64,000 bases of DNA from Octopus vulgaris (lineage: Eukaryota). The position numbers were made by a program, and so were the translations under genes. Shown piece after piece: positions 27,264 through 39,639 of the stretch. Position 1 is the stretch's first letter. Each line of letters opens with the position of its first letter. Below the pieces are notes generated by a model. It was given only the letters and a program-made list of their open reading frames with translations. It was not told the origin of the DNA and made no database searches. The stretch spans positions 38,936,001 to 39,000,000 of the forward strand of contig OX597818.1 in NCBI GenBank assembly GCA_951406725.2. The letters are read 5' to 3'.

Positions 27264-27766
27264 ATATTTCATTCTTTCTCTCTCTGTCTCTTTCATTCCT
27301 CCTCTTTCTTTCTCTATGTTTGTAGGTGTTTATATACGTAGAAATCCATTTATTTCACTAACAAAGAGTAAATTAAAATTTTTGTTGTATCATGTAATAT
27401 TTTTAACGCCTTTCCTCGCCAATTTTTCAATTTCCAGTTTGATATAAGCTTTTCACAAAACTATGCGTCTTTAAGTTACTAACGTAGTTTCTTGACTCTA
27501 AATAGATATATATGCGTTCACACAGACATACACACCCGTATGTATGTGTGTATGTATGTATGTATGTATGTATGTATGTATGTATGTATGTATGTATGTA
27601 TGTATGTATGTATGTATGTATGTATGTATGTATTTATGTATGTGTGCGTGTGTACATGCGTGCGCATGTATGTTTATATATATATATGTATATATATGTA
27701 TGTGTACCTATACATATATATATCTATATTTATATGCGTAAGTATACTTATACACACACACACACA

Positions 27767-27817
<51 letters not shown>

Positions 27818-27955
27818 TGTATAATGGCTCGTAGGTAAGGCCAAAGCAATGCGAAGTAAATGCAAGGTAAATCACAAGAAACAAATATGTGAATTAATGT
27901 AGACTTACCTTGTATTCAATATTTTGGGGTTATATATATATATATATATATATAT

Positions 27956-28213
27956 GTTAGTTAGTTAGTTAGTTAGTTAATTTTTTGGATCAAAAGGCAA
28001 AAAGCAAGGCCATGTAGGGGGACATGGAGTTATGTACAGGGTGGTATTCATGTAAAGAGTTCAGACCATTTGTGGTCAAGGGAGACTTTGAACCGAGCGG
28101 TCGTCGGCATCTTCACTATCTCGTCCGGCAGCTTATTCCACGGATCCGCAACCCGGACGGAGAAAGCCTCTTTCCTTCGACTGAGATGAAATCGTCGCAG
28201 ATAGAGCTTTTCG
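27956..28213 (-). mobile_element. CR1 LINE 3' end with (TAAC)n tail
   Basis: Minus strand reads RRLRGHSEKL..RR..FSVRV..WNKLPDEIV..FKVSLD. Homologous to 61528-61803. Confidence 0.88.
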
Positions 28214-28231
28214 GAGTGACCCCGCAGCCGA

Positions 28232-28306
<75 letters not shown>

Positions 28307-28316
28307 AAATGATTTT

Positions 28317-28396
<80 letters not shown>

Positions 28397-28561
28397 CAAA
28401 CACAGGGAATAATTTTATTCTCAAACGCAGGATAATGCTAATAATGTAGCAGGAACAAGATAAACTATCCATATTTTGCAGAAAAATCTGTCGGCAGCAA
28501 GCCATGAGATTCGAACTCACACCCCTGTAATTACGTGTCATGCTGTTCAAGCTATATTATT

Positions 28562-28845
28562 ATTTCTTTATTGCCCACAAGGGGCTAAACATAGAGGGGA
28601 CAAACAAGGACAGACAAACGGATTAAGTCGATTACATCGACCCCAGTGCGTAACTGGTACTTATTTAATTGACCCCGAAAGGATGAAAAGCAAAGTCGAT
28701 CTCAGCGGAATTTGAACTCAGAACGTAACGGCAGATGAAATACGGCTACGCATTTCGCACGGTGTGCTAACGTTCCTGCCGGCTCGCCGCCTTAGACAGA
28801 CCAAATACTTCTAAGCATTTCGCCCGGCGTGCTAAAGTTTTTGCC
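28562..28845 (-). mobile_element. SINE family B
   Basis: Reverse complement of the family B consensus. Confidence 0.8.
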
Positions 28846-28956
28846 GATTTATCCTGTGTTTGAAAATAAAATCATTTCCTTATCTGTATCTTTCATTACA
28901 TCTCAACGGTTCTAAAGCAAACTTTGTTGACTTTCAACGTAAGTTGAATTTAACGT

Positions 28957-29002
<46 letters not shown>

Positions 29003-29021
29003 AATATATATGTATATATAT

Positions 29022-29064
<43 letters not shown>

Positions 29065-29134
29065 CATATATATATATATATAAATACATATATATATATA
29101 TATAAATACATACATACATATATACATACATACA

Positions 29135-29168
<34 letters not shown>

Positions 29169-29518
29169 CATATATATGCACACATATATATATACATGTA
29201 TATATGCACACATATACATATATATATACATACATATATATATATACATATATATATACATATATATACATATATATATGCACACATACATACATATATA
29301 TATACATACATATATATATATACATATATACACATATACACACACATATTTACATATATATATACACACATATATACATATATATACATATATACACACA
29401 TATATATATACATATATATACATATATACATACATATATATATACATATGTATATATGTATGTGTGTGTATGTATATATGTATGTGTGTGTGTATATATA
29501 TGTATGTGTGTGTGTGTG

Positions 29519-29566
<48 letters not shown>

Positions 29567-30289
29567 TATAAATTAGAGAAGAACCATCTTTTATCAGTTC
29601 AACAATGAAATAACAATGACATAGATTATACCATATAGAAAAATATATATATGATAAAACATATACCATATGTTTGGTATATGTTTTATCGTATATTTAG
29701 TTTTTTTCTATATGGTATAATTTAATTATATCATTGTATATTTCCCTGTAAGTTTGGAATAATATTCCTTAATATATATATATATATAAATACATCGTGA
29801 CTGAGGGTACCGGGGAACACCTATATTGCTAGAAATAAGAGTTGAAACCCTTAGATCCGCAAGTAGCCACATTTTCATATACTTGCAGGCGGAACAAGTC
29901 TAGTATAGTGATCTAGTTTCACTTATAGGGCGGTTATCTTGCTTGTCAATATATGAAAACGTGCTTTCTCGTGGCTGTAAGGCTTTAACTCATATTTCAA
30001 AACACGCAAAAAATTGAATTTTTTCGAGGTATGAAACGTTGGGACATACCAGCACAGGCTTCTCACACTATTTTGCATATAGCCATAGCGGGCAATTTGG
30101 CTTACGTCTAGCCTCATTTGGGGCACGTGGTATTGATAAATTACAAAAATGACGAAACATTAATGTCTATCGCTTCTGCAATAGGACTTAGTGAGAGTTA
30201 TCTCCTTTGTCTAATCGCAGCGTGCTCACGAACTGGCAAAACACGTACCTTGTTTATGTGTTCTCATTCATATTTTTTAATATATATAT

Positions 30290-30947
30290 ATGCATATATA
30301 TATCATTTACTGCTCTTTCTGCCATTCTCTGTACATCAGTCAAACGGGACGCTGCTTGGCTGACCGGTTCGCAGAGCACCTCCGAGACATTAGACTCGGC
30401 AATGACACCCCGGTCTCGCGCCATTTCTTCTTTACTGGTCATTCATTACAACACCTGTCTGTGTTTGGATTGTCTTTGCACAGGATCCATCTGGACTCCC
30501 GCCTTCGCCGTGAACAAGAATTAATCTTCTCTCTTCACTCCTTTGTGCCACATGGGCTCAACTCTCCTCCCCTCTTCATCTGACTCCTTTCCTCTCCTCT
30601 CTACTTCCTCTCTTCACTCCTACCCATCTCTCTCTTCTTTGATACTCCCCATCCACACTCCACAAACTCACATTCCACTCCCACCCCATCCTGCCCCATG
30701 CTACTCCATCCTGCCCCACCCTCCACCCCAACATCCGCACCCCAAACCCACACCCCACTCTCACATTTCCATACCACCACACCACCACATGACACTACAT
30801 TCCACACACACTAACACTGACCACTTCCCAGCTCCCATACCAATCACCATCATCTGCACACCCACACACCATCATCCACACACCCACACATTACTGATGC
30901 ACACACACATACACGCACGCATCAGCACGTCAATGTCGCTTGCCCCT

Positions 30948-30984
<37 letters not shown>

Positions 30985-31158
30985 TACACACACGTACGTG
31001 CGACTTCGTTTTGGGATCACCAGTACTTCATTATCTCTCCTTTCTCCAAACTCTCTTGTTAAGCTACCTTTTTCCAACCAGTCGTCATGATTGATCGCTA
31101 AATCCCCAAGTTTCTTTTTTATTCTCTCTCTGTTTTTTTTCTTTATGTTTCTTTCTAA
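30290..31158 (+). mobile_element. Penelope-like retroelement 3' fragment: GIY-YIG endonuclease (to 30583) plus 3' UTR
   Basis: YCSFCHSLYISQTGRCLADRFAEHLRDI..PVSRHF..GH..R..EQELIFSL..VPHGLN matches the CCHH-containing PLE GIY-YIG domain. Confidence 0.88.
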
Positions 31159-31486
31159 CTTCGGCCATACTGGGGCACCGCCTTAAAGGAATTTAATCGA
31201 AGAAATTGATCCCAGGACTTATTCTTTGTAAACCTAGTACTTATTAAATTGGAACTCTTTTTGGCGAACCGCTAAGTTACGGGGACGTAAACACACCAAC
31301 ATCGGTTATCAAGCAATGGTGGGGGAATAAACGCAGACACCAAATCCCCCCCACACACACACACGATAAGTATCGGGGTCGATTTGTTCGAATAACACCT
31401 CAAGGTGGTGTCCCAGTATGGCTGCAGTCCAATGACTGAAGTAAACGATAAAAGATAAAAAGATACATCTCTCTCTTTTACTTGTT

Positions 31487-31673
31487 TCAGTCATTTGACT
31501 GTGGCCATACTGGAGCACCGCCTTTAGTCGAGCAAATCGACCCCGGGACTCATTCTTTGTAAGCCCAGTACTTATTCTATCGGTCTGGTTTGCCGAACCG
31601 CTAAGTAACGGGGACGTAAACACACCAGCATCGGTTGTCAAGCAATGCTAGGGGGACAAATACAGACACACAA

Positions 31674-31708
<35 letters not shown>

Positions 31709-31890
31709 CATACATACATACATACATACATATAGATGACAGGCTTCTTTCAGTTTCCGTCTACCAAATCCACTCACAAAGCATTGGGGCTATAGCAGAA
31801 GACACTTGCCCAAGATGCCACGCAGTGGGACTGAACCCGGAACCATGTGGTTGGTTAGCAAGCTACTTACCACACAGCCACTCCTGCGCC
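31487..31890 (-). mobile_element. SINE family A
   Basis: Full-length reverse copy. Partial opposed copies lie at 31160-31450. Confidence 0.88.
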
Positions 31891-32598
31891 TACACATACT
31901 CACAAATACGCATATAAATATGTGCATGTATTAATATGTGTATATGTGTTTGTGTATTAGCCTGTGCGTGCGTATGTAGAAAGGGCTCCTTAGCCGTAGT
32001 GAAGGCAATCTATCCTTACAATAAATCACTCGGTCCGTAGCTTAGAAATACTGGGTTGACATCCAGCGGGAACAGCTTTGTTTCATGGAGGAGGAAAGAT
32101 CTTCTTTAGTACTTGGTTGTACAATGCTTTCCAATGTGTGTAGTAGTGGCGCGCGCACACATTATTAGCCATTTGAAAAGACTATGGAATTTAGTCTCGA
32201 CCACGGTCGAACAATGATGATGATGATGTCAATATATATGAGTGTGTGTATGTGTGTGTGTTTCTGTGTGCATATAGAAATAGAAAGAGAGGCGAAATGA
32301 GTAGGTTGGAAAGGAAGAATTTGCTCTCGGATTTCTCGAATAAGCCTCTAAATTTAAGGACTCCATTCATACAAGGTACATTCTTAGACCCTGGAACAGA
32401 AACAATTTATAAGCCTACTTATTTTCTCGGTGTCAAAACTATGTTTTCTAAAGATTTATGTGTATGACTTGCTCGTGGGAATCATTGCGTTGTTTACGTC
32501 ACGTTGTTCCTTTATGTGGAATGCATCCAAGTTTTTCGGTGCAAAGCCATATAGTTAAATGGATACAAAAAATATTCAGTTAACTGTCTCTACCTGTC

Positions 32599-32636
<38 letters not shown>

Positions 32637-32852
32637 CTTCACATACACACACACATACGCACAATTACACAGACTTTTTTTGGGTGTGGTGCATTCATTG
32701 TTAGACACATATCACACACATCCACAAACGTCATAACAAAAAAAGATAATTTAGTGAATTTATCTATTGTTCACCATTTATAACAATATACTTGATTGTC
32801 ACCCTTTTGCCTCAGGTCAGTTCTGTCTCATAGGTTCTAATTGTGATGTCAT

Positions 32853-33224
32853 GGAGGCGCAATGACCCAGTGGTTAGGGCAGCGGACTCGCGGTCATAGG
32901 ATCGCGGTTTCGATTCCCAGTCGGGCGTTGTGAGTGTTTATTGAGCGAAAACACCTAAAAGTTCCACGAGGCTCCGGCAGGGGATGGTGGTGATCCCTGC
33001 TGTACTCTTTCACCACAACTTTCTCTCACTCTTACTTCCTGTTTCTGTTGTACCTGTATTTCAAGGGGCCGACCTTGTCACTCTCTGTGTTACGCTGAAT
33101 ATCCCCGAGAACTACGTTAAGGGTGCACGTGTCTGTGGAGTGCTCAGCCACTTACACGTTAATTTCACGAGCAGGCTGTTCCGTTGATTCGGATCAACCG
33201 GAACCCTCATCGTCGTAACCGTCC
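32853..33224 (+). mobile_element. SINE family C flanked by 73-bp direct repeats
   Basis: tRNA-like head GGCGCAATG.CCCAGTGGTTAGGGCAGCGGACTCGC. Flanks 32780-32852 and 33225-33297 differ at 3 positions. Confidence 0.9.
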
Positions 33225-33491
33225 ATAACAATATACTTGATTGTCACTCTTTTGCCTCAGGCCAGTTCTGTCTCGTAGGTTCTAATTGTGATGTCATCAA
33301 CATATCCAATGTATCGTTTTCTTTTTAAGAGGGAAGGGTTGGGCTGGAGGAAATTTGGCGCTCATTTCTAGCAAATCATGGGACCAGGTAGACATTTATT
33401 CAGTATTAGAGATTGATATAATAAGCAGAGACAGAATTAGTGGTAGGGTTGAAAGTTTTGAAGGAAAGCAGTGCCAAATACTGAAAGCAGT

Positions 33492-33549
<58 letters not shown>

Positions 33550-33663
33550 ACATACACATACACACACACACTCACACTCGCACACACACACACTCGCACA
33601 CAGTCACACACACACAACACGCACACACACACACACACACACGCACTCAGTCACACACACACT

Positions 33664-33712
<49 letters not shown>

Positions 33713-33734
33713 TTATATTTCGGGATATTATTTT

Positions 33735-34102
33735 ACTCTCTTACTTGTTTCAGTCACTTGACTGCGGCCATGCTGGAGCACCACCTTTAGTCGAAGAAAT
33801 CGACCCGAGGACTTATTCTTTGTAAGTCTAGTACATATCCTATCGGTCTGGTTTGCTGAATCGCTAAGTTACGGGGACGTAAACACACCAACATCGGTTG
33901 TCAAGCGATGATGGGAGGACAAACACACACACACACACATATATATATATACGACGGGTTCTTTCAGTTTCCATCTACCAAATCCACTCACAAGGCTTTG
34001 GTCGGCCCGAGGCTATGGTAGACAGCACTTGCCCAAGGTGTCACGCAGTGGGACTGAATCCAGAACCATGTGGTTGGTAAGCAAGCTACTTACCACACAG
34101 CC
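33735..34102 (-). mobile_element. SINE family A
   Basis: Reverse copy. Confidence 0.85.
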
Positions 34103-34228
34103 AATCTGTCATTTACACACACTATACACTCATTCTTCACTTGTTAATTGTTGTTATTTTATGTCTGGAAATCTTTCCTCACACATCCTGTAACCTCTTC
34201 AGCGACTCTCCATCCACGTGTCTTCTCC

Positions 34229-34302
<74 letters not shown>

Positions 34303-34799
34303 AATATATGCATATATACATATGTTCTTTGCGAAAAACCTAATTACCGTAACACATTAACACTTCAAACAGAGCAGTTAGTTCTCTTTACATCATGTGC
34401 AAAAGGAAATGGCCGTTTCGTTTTATTCAACCAATCGTGTAGTCTACTTCTTCAAACGGAGAAAATTCAACGTAGTGTTTACTGCAATCCCGTTCCTCTG
34501 TATGGCAATCTTTGTGATAGTTCTTCATTGTGCTACAGTTGTAAAAATACCACCAACAGCAGGTCTATATAATTTTTACATTCATGAAGCGTGCACATTA
34601 CAAAACAATGATCTTAGCAAACGTTCTGAAAAGCTAAATATAATTATAAAAACATAATTTGTCTTTGTTCAAAGCGGGAAAATCGAAGACAGTTTTAACG
34701 TCAGCATCAAAACAACTTTTCTGATCCAGCCAAATCATCTATCATAGAAATTCTTTGTTGATTAATAAAATGAATTCTTACTCTAGTGCCTATTATACT

Positions 34800-35150
34800 G
34801 TGAAGGTGTATGGTTCAGAATCATGGGATAGTGATTTCGATTCCCCGACCGGGCTGTGTGTCGTGTTATTGACGATTCTCGGACCGGTTGTGTGTTGTGT
34901 TCTTGAGCAAGACAATTTATTTTACGTTGCTCCAGTTCACTCATCTATAAAAATGAGCTGCGATGTCATTGGTGCCAAGCTGTATCGGTCTTTGCCTTTC
35001 CCTTGGATAACATCGGTGGTGTAGAGAGGTGAGACTGGCACGCATGGGCGGCTCTTGGTCTTCCATAAACAACCTTATCTGGACTTGTGTGCCTTGGGGA
35101 GTAATTTTCTAGGTGCAATCCCATGGCCCTTTAATGACTGAAGAAGGTTT
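34800..35150 (+). mobile_element. Older CORE-like SINE with a different 3' half
   Basis: TTCTTGAGCAAGACA..TTACGTTGCTCCAGT..AAAATGAG is shared with the 14478 copy, after which the two diverge. Confidence 0.6.
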
Positions 35151-35355
35151 TTATTCTTCCTCCAGCGCCTATTATATATAAACTTCTAAAAATTGATTAA
35201 TCGGATTTTAGTTTTGGTTTTCGCCACTCCAAATTATGCAGATTTGTGGAGACTATGAGAGGGTGAAAATATATACACAAAGTACATATTTTCATGATTG
35301 CCCCATGCTTTCGTCGATTGCTTTAGGTACCTGTTTAGTGTTCCACTTGTGGTTA

Positions 35356-35731
35356 GGCGCAATGGCCCAGTGGTTAGGGCAGCGGACTCGCGGTCATAGG
35401 ATCGCGGTTTCAATTCCCAGACCGGGCGTTGTGAGTGTTTATTGAGCGAAAACACCTAAAGCTCCATGAGGCTCCGGCAGGGGATGGTGGTGATCCCTGC
35501 TGTACTCTTTCCACCACAACTTTCTCTCACTCTTACTTCCTGTTTCTGTTGTACCTGTATTTCAAAAGGCCGGCCTTGTCACTCTCTGTGTCACGCTGAA
35601 TATCCCCGAGAACTACGTTAAGGGTACACGTGTCTGTGGAGTGCTCAGCCACTTACACGTTAATTTCACGAGCAGGCTGTTCCATTGATTCGGATCAACC
35701 GGAACCCTCATCGTCGTAACCGACGGAGTGC
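35356..35731 (+). mobile_element. SINE family C
   Basis: Near-identical to the 32853 copy. TSD-like TTCCAC(A)TTGTGGTTAGG on both sides. Confidence 0.9.
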
Positions 35732-36489
35732 TTCCACATTGTGGTTAGGATAGACACTTTAGAACGCGCGTGGCTCAGTGACATAAAATAATGTTGAGAG
35801 TTGAAAGCGGAGTGTATATGTATGTGTGTGTGTGTGTGTGTGTGGACGTCTTTTGTATAGCTTGTACCTTTTAAGATAGTTGGCTCGTGAATGAATCATA
35901 TACAAGTCGGTGGTGTGGATATGTCGATAACTGTTTAATTACAACAGTGATAGTTCAAATTTGTGTCAAGTTTTGTTGTAAACTGATTTATTTCAAATCA
36001 ACAGACATGCCTGAGCATATCAGACATCTTGCTATTTTAAGTTGTTTAATTACTGTATATACGATCAGCTTAAATGATTGGTTATATGAAAATCGATTAA
36101 AGTATTCAGTCATTTTGCTCTATTGTAATTTTTTTGCTCGTTCTATTTTTATTTTCTTAAATCTTATGCCTATAAAAATATAGTATTGAATTTCTGTTAA
36201 TCTACTTCGAAATTTCATATATTTTTATGGTACACATATAGGCATAAACGTATATAGTTAACAAAATTTGAGCTAAGAGAAGTAACTAAAATGGTCCAAT
36301 TTATATAATTCAGGTGCGTAGAGATACAGTAATGGATTGAATTTTATTTCTTTGTTGGAGAAAGAAAACCAAAAGAAATCTGACGTTTGTAGTTAGAGAC
36401 TCTTATAGAAAAGAGGGAAATATTTTCTCGAAATTAAGCATCTATTAAACAGAAAAAAATTTATGTTATATCTCTTTACTCTTTTTTTT

Positions 36490-36859
36490 TTTACTCTTTT
36501 ACTTGTTTCAGTCATTTGACTGCGGCCATGCTGGAGCACCGCCTTTAGTCGAGCAAATCGACCCCGGGACTTATTCTCTTTTGTAAGCCCAGTACTTATT
36601 CTATCGGTCTCTTTTGCCGAACCGCTAAGTGACGGGGACGTAAACACACCAGCATCGGTTGTCAAGCAATGCTAGGGGGACAAACACACACATATATATA
36701 TATACATATATACGACAGGCTTCTTTCAGTTTCCGTCTACCAAATCCACTCACAAGGCATTGGTCGGCCCGGGGCTATAGCAGAAGACACTTGCCCAAGA
36801 TGCCACGCAGTGGGACTGAACCCGGAACCATGTGGTTGGTTAGCAAGCTACTTACCACA
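36490..36859 (-). mobile_element. SINE family A
   Basis: Reverse copy with a slightly truncated head. Confidence 0.88.
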
Positions 36860-37200
36860 CGTTATATTAAAAATGAAATTTGAGACTTTTTTGATGAACG
36901 ACAATGTTAGCGTGCATATTTTAAGTAGGCCTTCCATTTGGCATGCTAAAAGCTTGTGCCTTCTGTTTCTCAATGGTGTATATAACCCTATGTCAAAATT
37001 GATTAAAGACAGGAATCCTGTTATGTGTAGCAACATTTAGATACATGCATACAGTACAAAGATAGCATGTTGTTTTAAATCCTTCTCGACAGATTATATT
37101 TTGGAAGTTAATCACATCTCAAATAGAAGAGATGTGTTATTTTAGAAGATAATATAACTTATGACATTTAGGAATAACGAAAGATATTTTAAGGTAAGGT

Positions 37201-37236
<36 letters not shown>

Positions 37237-37238
<2 letters not shown>

Positions 37239-37537
37239 CAAAGTGAAGTCGTAAGATACCACACGAGTGGAAATATATATGAAAGGTTTGAAAATGCAAT
37301 TTTAAAAGGTGTTTATTCACTTGACCGGTTTCACTTTTTTAGAAAAAGATTGTCAAAAGTAAAATGTGAAAGCTTTGTAAAAACTTTGTTGTGTTAAGTA
37401 CTTGTTGTCACAAAATATTACAATGCATATCTACATTCTTTGATAATAAAAAGGAAAATGTTAAAACTGTTTACAATGAAAAATCTTGAGAAAATATTAA
37501 AAAGTTCATTGAAAATATTAGGATTTCATTATAAATC

Positions 37538-37540
<3 letters not shown>
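37237..37540 (-). mobile_element. Probable Penelope-like pLTR remnant in (TA)n with a hammerhead-like motif
   Basis: Minus strand: TTACTT-TTGACAAT-CTTTTT CT AAAAAAG-T-GAAACCGGTC-AAGTGA. The GAAA and palindromic ACCGGT are present, but the core is non-canonical. Confidence 0.4.
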
Positions 37541-37586
<46 letters not shown>

Positions 37587-39102
37587 ACTGAACCTGAACC
37601 CGACTAGCTAGGTTTCTGTAAGAAACTTACGAAACTTTAAGTTGCATGGGACTGAATCCAGCTGTTTTAAATAATAAAATGGGAAGCCCCTTAGGGCGGT
37701 GAGGCGGCAGAATCGTTAGCACACCGGGCAGAATGCTTAGCGGCATTTTGGCCGTCTTCACGTTCTGAGTTCAAATTTCGCCTTTCAGGGTCGATAAAAT
37801 AAATGCCAGTTGAGCCTTGGGGTCGATGTAATCGACTTACCCAACAGCATCAAAATTGTTGGCCTTGTGCTAAAACTGGAAATCAATATTTGTAACTCTT
37901 ACTAAATCTGTTTAATGACTGTTTCTTTCGTTTGTTCACCATTCACTCAAACATACACACACATATATATATTTAAGTCTTTTGACGCTTGTTGTCGTAC
38001 ATTAAAAACCAAAACTAGCAAAAGCAGTCTCTTCAATTTCCAGTGATTAAATCTACGGACAAGAATCTCATTAAATGAAGTAGTGCAATGCTCTAATTCC
38101 TAAATTCCATAATTGACTATGGTTTCATCAAGAATCAACTTGCCTTGTTTTCTTTACCTTATAAATTAATAATTTCTGTTGAACTCCATGTTGCTAGACC
38201 AGGACATATTTTCAATTAAGAAAATACCAGTTTCGCTTCGAAGTGATGAAAACTTAGTCACCGCTTAAAATTTTAAGCTTTTTTTAATCACAGAAATGGC
38301 CAAAATTTGTCAATATAATTGTGTTCAGAGTTTTCGATAATATTTATTTAATCAAATATAGCTGTGGAGTTTAGAAGATCACTTCGCAACTACTTAGATT
38401 CGGTTTCAATCCCACTACGCAGTACCTTGGAGAGGTGTCTTCTGTTCATAGCCACAGGCCGGGAAAAACCTTGTGAGTGAAATCTAGTAAACGGAATAGG
38501 AAAGAGTGTGTTATTTAATCAACGTTGTTTGCCCGTTTGATAAAAGAATAGTAAAAAAGGAACGTGAGAGAATAGAAAATACCAAGATCTAAAATACGAA
38601 CTTCAAGGAATCAGCAATTGTCATAAAGAAACTATTATTTCAGTTGAAATAAGAATCTTAAGAATAGATGCAAAAAAAAGCTTAAATGGTTGATTGAAAG
38701 TATCGGATATCGAGACAAATTCTCTGATTCTACATAAAGTTTATTTGCTCGGCACAGCAACGGCTACAAGAAAAAGGTGTTAGAGAAGTAAGGTTGCAAA
38801 ATGCAGGACAAAGAAATGTTGTATGAATAATACTAATACTACTACTACTACTACTAATAATAATAATAATAATAAAGCCCTGATGCAGTACCAGACAGTA
38901 ACTCGCGTGGTTTTGATCTTAACTGATTGGAAGTGTTATCATGTACATTGTTTCGTCTTGGTATAAAAGGTAGGCTACAGCAGACATTCCGCTCAATACC
39001 ACAGATTTTCTTGTCAATTGCTTGACCTTAACCAGTTGAGTATGTCCCTAAGTAATAAACCCCATCGGATAGTTAAAACTTTAAATTTGGAAGAAATTGT
39101 TT

Positions 39103-39212
39103 GATGATGATGTTCGTCCTTCGGGTTCGAAGATGACCATTGACATCAGTTGGTGGAATTGCTGCTATGAGACCGGAGGTGGCTGGTGAGGCCAATCCGG
39201 GCAAGGAAGAAA
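39103..39212 (-). mobile_element. RTE LINE extreme 3' end
   Basis: Reads FLARIGLTSHLRSH, then a short UTR and a (CAT)n tail. Confidence 0.75.
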
Positions 39213-39639
39213 TTGTATGAAATAGGAGAATCAATAGACACTATTAGCAATTTAAAAGAGGTAAGATCTCCGAATGAAATTAATTTTATTTTAAAGAGTA
39301 AATTACTGTTTTGAGGAATACCTACATGTAGATCAGGAGTGTCAAACTCAATCGCACAGGGGTGGTGGTGCAAAACTCAAAACACCCTTTAGGTCGTGGG
39401 CTGAACAGAATAAACATTTATTGAGAAGACTAAAACTTTTTGAACATGAACAAGTATATAATTGTATTCCAAAAATAAATTTAATTTAACTTAAATTACT
39501 TAAAATATTTTGCTCTCCATAAAAATATCTCCAGTCAAAATTATAAAAATGTTAAATAAGAACAGGTTGCAAAAAAAAAAAAAAGAAATAAAAAATGTAC
39601 TTTTTAGTGAAAATTAAAATAATAAATCAAAACTTTAAA

